Assembly (NCBI GenBank): GCA_964534375.1 | Contig: CAZHPN010000165.1 | Location: 1-13,436, forward strand | Origin: an uncultured bacterium | Lineage (GTDB): Bacteria > Lernaellota > Lernaellaia > Lernaellales > Lernaellaceae | Reading direction: 5' to 3' | Length of the DNA: 13,436 nt | Part shown: piece after piece, positions 9,831 to 13,436 of the stretch | How positions within the stretch are numbered: the first letter of the stretch is position 1 | Layout of the letters: each line of letters starts with the position of its first letter | The notes under the pieces: generated by a model | What the model was told of the DNA's origin: nothing | The model's input: only the letters and a program-made list of their open reading frames with translations | The model's database searches: none | Translations under genes and position numbers: made by a program

Positions 9831-10596
9831 ACGGCGCCACCTTCTTCGTTTCGCAGATCATTTTGGCCTGCCGCATCAATGCGGGGACCTCGTCTTTGCT
9901 AATGTACTCCGGCGATTTTTCCTGCATGCGCACGGTCAGGTCGGTCCACTTCTGGTCGTCGCGCGGGGTCAGGCACATCGTGCGGTACATGAAACGGACG
10001 GTGTGGCAGATGCCGCAGTCTTTTTGAAAGAGGTATTGGTCGCCGCGCGAACTGACGGTTTTCACCGGCGCCCGCCTCTCGCGCATCTCGCTGATGCGCT
10101 GTGCGATCAAGTCGCCTTCCCAGGCCTGGATCGCGTAGTTCATCTGGCGGTTGTGCTGGCTGACCAACACCGAGAGCGTTTTTTCGTCAAGGTCGAGATA
10201 CGGCTCGATCACCGAGCGCGAATGGCACTGGCCGCAACGGAAATGGTAGAGAACGCGCGGCGAGGCCGAGCGCGTGCGGATCAGCATGCCGATGATCCGC
10301 TCCCGCTTGTCCAGGTCGATGTGCTTGCCGTACTCGGAGTCTTTCGAGAGCATGCGCAGCACAGTGCTTCGCCATTCGTCCGGCGATTTGGCGTAGCGGT
10401 GCGCCCGCATCGGCGGATGGCAATGGTCGCAGACCGATTCAAACAGGGCATGGTCGCGATCGGTTTTCCAGGAGATTTTTTCCCACAGAAACAGCGTGAC
10501 CAGGATCAGGAACGGCGAGACCATCAACACCGAGGCGACGATCCAGAACCTCCGGATCCACGGCAGTATTCTGAGCATGACGCGGGTAAACGACAT
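9829..10596 (-). CDS. Membrane-anchored trihaem c-type cytochrome, 255 aa
   Basis: Three CxxCH motifs: CDHCH (10417-10431), CGQCH (10222-10236), CGICH (10003-10017). N-terminal TM helix FWIVASVLMVSPFLILVTLFLW. W-x5-RM-type distal ligand segments follow haems 1 and 3. Confidence 0.88.
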   Translation of the reverse strand: MSFTRVMLRILPWIRRFWIVASVLMVSPFLILVTLFLWEKISWKTDRDHALFESVCDHCHPPMRAHRYAKSPDEWRSTVLRMLSKDSEYGKHIDLDKRERIIGMLIRTRSASPRVLYHFRCGQCHSRSVIEPYLDLDEKTLSVLVSQHNRQMNYAIQAWEGDLIAQRISEMRERRAPVKTVSSRGDQYLFQKDCGICHTVRFMYRTMCLTPRDDQKWTDLTVRMQEKSPEYISKDEVPALMRQAKMICETKKVAP

Positions 10597-10675
10597 GAAC
10601 GCGCTGCTACCAGCTTCTCGGTGTGAACGTTTTGACCGGCCCCCTCCGCTCCGTTGGGGATTCGCGAACGCCGCT

Positions 10676-10704
10676 AGAATAATCTACCGATTGGGCCAAT
10701 GCAA
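10676..10704 (-). promoter_or_regulatory. Putative sigma-70 promoter of the cytochrome gene
   Basis: Minus strand TTGCAT-17 nt-TATTCT, about 80 nt upstream of the ATG. Confidence 0.5.
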
Positions 10705-10733
10705 CACGATCCAGCGCAGGACAGCGACTAGAC

Positions 10734-12617
10734 CTACAAACGGACGATTACGGTGCGGGCGAGTTTGTCGTGCCAGCCCTGTTTGTTCGGGTCGAGGGCG
10801 ATCCACACGATGCCCATCCCCACGAGGCCGGCGGCGAAACAAGAGGCGACGAAGCGGAAGAAGGCTGTCAGATAGCCGACTTCTTCCCCGTGCGTGGTCA
10901 GCAGTTTGAGGCCGAGCATCCGTTTGCCCACCGTTTGGCCGTACGCGCCGTGCATGTAACTGAAATACGCCGTGGCCAGCAGCACGAACAGGATGTAGAA
11001 CGGCGTGCCCAGCGCAACGACCATTTTCCAGAAGCTGCCGGCGTGACTGCCGGCGGCCACGCGGCCGATCGCCACGAACGCGCCGACGATCGCCAGCAAC
11101 AGCGCCACATCGATCAGGCCGGCCAACGTCCGGAAAATCAACCCGCCCTTGGCGACAATTTCCTCGACCGGAGTGGTTTCTTCCTCTTCCAACACCTCAA
11201 ACGCCGCGGCGCCGACCCCCGCGTCCGGCCACGCCTCATCCTCGTCGACGATGGCGTCGACTTCGGCAGCAGATTTTCGCGCCGGCGGTGCGGCGACCGG
11301 CGCCGGCGGCTTCGGCGGCGGCGGCTCGGGGCGCTGCCGCGCGCGGCCCAGCAACTCCAGCACGTCTTCGGCCCGCGCCGCCGGGTGCGCCAGTTCGACC
11401 GGCGGCGGCGGCTCGGCCAGCCGTTCCGACGGCTGGCGCCGCAGCAATTCGTGCGCGGCGAAGCCCCGCGGGGCGCCGGCGTTCTCCGCTTCCTGCGCGG
11501 CCAACCGGCGAGCTTCCTCCGCGCGATTTCTCGCCTCTTCGACCGCCTGGCGATTGGCTTCGGCCAAAGCCTCGCGCTTGAGTTCCTCCGCCTGCCGCTT
11601 GGCTTCCTTGAGCGCCTCGCGCCGCGCTTCTTCGGCCAGCCTCTCCGCCGCAACGCGGGCTTCCTCGGCCTCGCGCCGAACCTGTTCCACACGCCGTTTG
11701 GCTTCTTCGAGCGACGCGCGGCGCGCCGCCTCGTCGGCTGCGGCTCTTCGTTCGGCTTCCGCCAACGCCTGGCGTTTGAGTTCCTCGGCCTGCCGCTTCG
11801 CTTCTTCGAGCGCGGCGCGCCGCGCTTCCTCCACGAGCCGCTCCGCCGCGACCCGGGCTTCCTCGGCGTGGCGGCGGACCTGTTCCTCGGCCGCACGGCG
11901 CGCCTTTTCCATCTCCGCCTGGGCACGGATTTTCTCGGCCTCGAGTTGCGCGCGGGTCGCCGCCGCCCGTTTTCGTTCGCTCTCCAGCTCCTGCTGTTCG
12001 CGCCGGGCGGCGGACAGTTCGGCCGCCAGTCGCTCCTTGGTCTCCAGGGCCGCCTTCAGGTCGGATTGCACCTGATTTTTCGTCTCGAGCGCTTCTTGAA
12101 TCTCGCTGCCGACCTGTTCCTTCAGCCGCTGCGTCTGCGCCAGTTCGGCCAACGCGGCCCGCCGTTCCTTTTCGAATTTTTCCCGCGCCTCGGTTTCGCG
12201 GACGCGTTGGCGGCCTTCGAAATCTTCCACTTGGCGGCGGAGCTTCTGTTTTTCCTGCTCGACGGCCGCCAGTTTGGCGCGGAGATCGATTTGTTCGCTT
12301 TGGCTGGCGCCGCTGACCGCGCGCTGAAGACGCTGCCGTTCTTCGCGCAGGCGGCGTTCCTGTGCCAGCAATTCGTTTTCGGCGGCGCGGCGTTCGCGAC
12401 GGGCGGCGATTTCACGGTCTTCGGCGTTCGGCTCGGGGCGGCGCGCCGGCGCGCTTTTTTCGCCGTCGGCCTCGGCAGGTCGTTTCAGCTTGCGCCGATC
12501 CCACCACGACGGCTTCTGCACGGGCCGGCCTTCGCGAAACGCGTCGAGGTCGAAACCGCACCGCTTGCAGGCGGGCAGATCGTCAAAGGTTACGAAGCCA
12601 CAACTGGGACATCTCAC
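10734..12617 (-). CDS. Zinc-ribbon / long charged helix / RDD-domain membrane protein (~627 aa)
   Basis: N-terminal CPSC...CKRC. E/R/K/A-rich helical middle and Pro-rich linker. C-terminal RDD hallmarks RTLAGLID, GQTVGKRMLGLKL and QGWHDKLARTVIV with TM helices. GTG at 12617 is preceded by SD GGGGAG (12627-12632). Confidence 0.88.
   Translation of the reverse strand: MRCPSCGFVTFDDLPACKRCGFDLDAFREGRPVQKPSWWDRRKLKRPAEADGEKSAPARRPEPNAEDREIAARRERRAAENELLAQERRLREERQRLQRAVSGASQSEQIDLRAKLAAVEQEKQKLRRQVEDFEGRQRVRETEAREKFEKERRAALAELAQTQRLKEQVGSEIQEALETKNQVQSDLKAALETKERLAAELSAARREQQELESERKRAAATRAQLEAEKIRAQAEMEKARRAAEEQVRRHAEEARVAAERLVEEARRAALEEAKRQAEELKRQALAEAERRAAADEAARRASLEEAKRRVEQVRREAEEARVAAERLAEEARREALKEAKRQAEELKREALAEANRQAVEEARNRAEEARRLAAQEAENAGAPRGFAAHELLRRQPSERLAEPPPPVELAHPAARAEDVLELLGRARQRPEPPPPKPPAPVAAPPARKSAAEVDAIVDEDEAWPDAGVGAAAFEVLEEEETTPVEEIVAKGGLIFRTLAGLIDVALLLAIVGAFVAIGRVAAGSHAGSFWKMVVALGTPFYILFVLLATAYFSYMHGAYGQTVGKRMLGLKLLTTHGEEVGYLTAFFRFVASCFAAGLVGMGIVWIALDPNKQGWHDKLARTVIVRL
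11556..11886 (-). repeat. Intragenic direct repeat, 198-bp (66-codon) period
   Basis: EQVRRHAEEARVAAERLVEEARRAALEEAKRQAEELKRQALAEA versus EQVRREAEEARVAAERLAEEARREALKEAKRQAEELKREALAEA. DNA anchor CCTGTTCC at 11681 and 11879. Confidence 0.85.
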
Positions 12618-12668
12618 GCGCGCTGACTCCCCGGCGTCTGTCGTTTCGGCTCTCGCCGACGTGAAGTG

Positions 12669-12698
12669 GTGGTAGCACGGGCGGCGTCGCGGCGTCAA
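12669..12698 (-). promoter_or_regulatory. Putative sigma-70 promoter for the RDD gene
   Basis: Minus strand TTGACG-18 nt-TACCAC with a TG extension (GTGCTACCAC). It lies upstream of GTG 12617 and inside the longer ORF-track call. Confidence 0.5.
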
Positions 12699-12798
12699 GG
12701 CAAACGCTTCGCCGACCATCGTCTGCGTCGGCAAAACCGGGCCGTCGCGCCGGTTTTCTTGTTTTTTCGCCGGCGGCGCCGGGTTTTCGGGCGCGGTG

Positions 12799-12833
12799 TA
12801 ACCGGTTGATTTTGTTATTTTTGTGAATTATTT
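12799..12833 (-). promoter_or_regulatory. Putative IHF binding site
   Basis: Minus strand AATCAA-CCGG-TTA (12799-12811) exactly matches WATCAANNNNTTR, with an A/T tract on its 5' side (12812-12833). Confidence 0.6.
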
Positions 12834-12857
12834 GCGCCCGGAGACAGAAAATCCCTC

Positions 12858-12887
12858 TTGACCGGGCGAAAAAAGATGTGCTAGACG
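12858..12887 (+). promoter_or_regulatory. Putative sigma-70 promoter toward the Asp-rich lipoprotein
   Basis: TTGACC (12858-12863)-18 nt-TAGACG (12882-12887) with a TG extension (GTGCTAGAC). Confidence 0.45.
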
Positions 12888-13078
12888 AAGGCATGACTTG
12901 GCGAGGAAGGTGCGGATTCCTCGCGAACGGCGGGTGGTTTTAACGGTAACATTTTGTCCAAATGCTCATGTGGGCTGAGCCGGAGATGAAAACGGTCGTC
13001 GGACGGAAGAGCGAAGATCGGCGACCGAAATCAACGGCAGGGCAAAGCAAACAAACGTAAGAAGGAGGGTACGCGAAC

Positions 13079-13436
13079 ATGTGGAACAAGAAATTATTTT
13101 TGCTGGTTTTGATCGCCGTGCTGTGCGCGTCGCTGAGCGCCGTGATCATCGCCTGCAGCACGAAGACCAGCAGCAGCAGCAGCGACGATGACTCGACAGA
13201 CGACGACTTCACGCCTACCGACGACGACAACGACGACAACGACACGACTACGGACGACGACGACGACAACGACGACGACAATGACACCTCGCCCACCGGC
13301 GGCGCCTGTGGGACAGTGGCCAACGACGTCATCACCACCTGCGGCCTGCAGCTTCCCGACGCCGAGAACCCGCCGGTGGACGTGACCGCCGCCCAGGCGA
13401 CCACTTGGTGCGAACTGACCGACGCTTTGTACAACT
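13079..13436 (+). CDS. Lipoprotein with Ser/Asp-rich linker, 3'-truncated by the window edge (not in ORF track)
   Basis: SD AAGGAGG at 13062-13068, ATG 13079. MWNKKLFLLVLIAVLCASLSAVIIA-C lipobox (Cys 13154-13156), then SSSSS and DDDSTDDDFTPTDDDNDDNDTTTDDDDDNDDDND, then a Cys-containing domain (GACGTVANDVITTCG...WCELT). Frame open to the end of the window. Confidence 0.88.
   Translation, partial: MWNKKLFLLVLIAVLCASLSAVIIACSTKTSSSSSDDDSTDDDFTPTDDDNDDNDTTTDDDDDNDDDNDTSPTGGACGTVANDVITTCGLQLPDAENPPVDVTAAQATTWCELTDALYN

Noticed and set aside
9719..9831. Pyrrolysine or selenocysteine read-through at the TAG/TGA followed by hairpins
   Set aside because: Read-through peptides are short and repeat-derived, both proteins look complete at their stops, and the hairpins are explained by the palindromic element.
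10770..12626. 618-aa and 308-aa + strand ORFs
   Set aside because: Antisense shadows of the low-complexity RDD gene.
12618..12734. ORF-track N-terminal extension of the RDD protein
   Set aside because: It contains the SD and a promoter-like motif. The zinc ribbon starts immediately after GTG 12617.
13036..13060. c-di-GMP-I riboswitch suggested by CAGGGCAAA
   Set aside because: The following P2 GNRA hairpin and the GACGCAAAGC/P3 elements are absent, and the sequence runs straight into the SD.
12940..13434. 164-aa - strand ORF (poly-Ser) and 65-aa + strand ORF (poly-Thr)
   Set aside because: Alternate readings of the GAC repeats of the lipoprotein starting at 13079, which has the SD and lipobox.

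Overview
GC-rich bacterial chromosomal window. The gene style (metG, PTA-fused malic enzyme, zinc-ribbon/RDD protein, Asp-rich lipoprotein) suggests a diderm, Deltaproteobacteria-like lineage, which is inference only. The left arm (- strand) carries metG, then maeB behind a near-consensus sigma-54 promoter, then a secreted HEXXH M3-like metallopeptidase. In the centre is an unannotated three-gene envelope block: a ~1025-aa lipoprotein with repeated Ig/macroglobulin-like units, an overlapping 90-aa two-TM protein, and a convergent membrane-anchored trihaem c-type cytochrome. The cytochrome's first two haem domains resemble the quinohaemoprotein amine dehydrogenase alpha-subunit dihaem unit. The convergent stop codons are joined by a 116-bp element with 18-bp perfect inverted repeats. 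The right arm has a zinc-ribbon / duplicated charged helix / RDD protein (- strand), a divergent regulatory region with a consensus IHF site and a hairpin-rich leader, and the 5' part of an Asp-rich lipoprotein absent from the ORF track. No rRNA, tRNA, CRISPR array or transposase was seen. The central block is the best candidate for an undescribed system, but its functional linkage is inferred, not shown.
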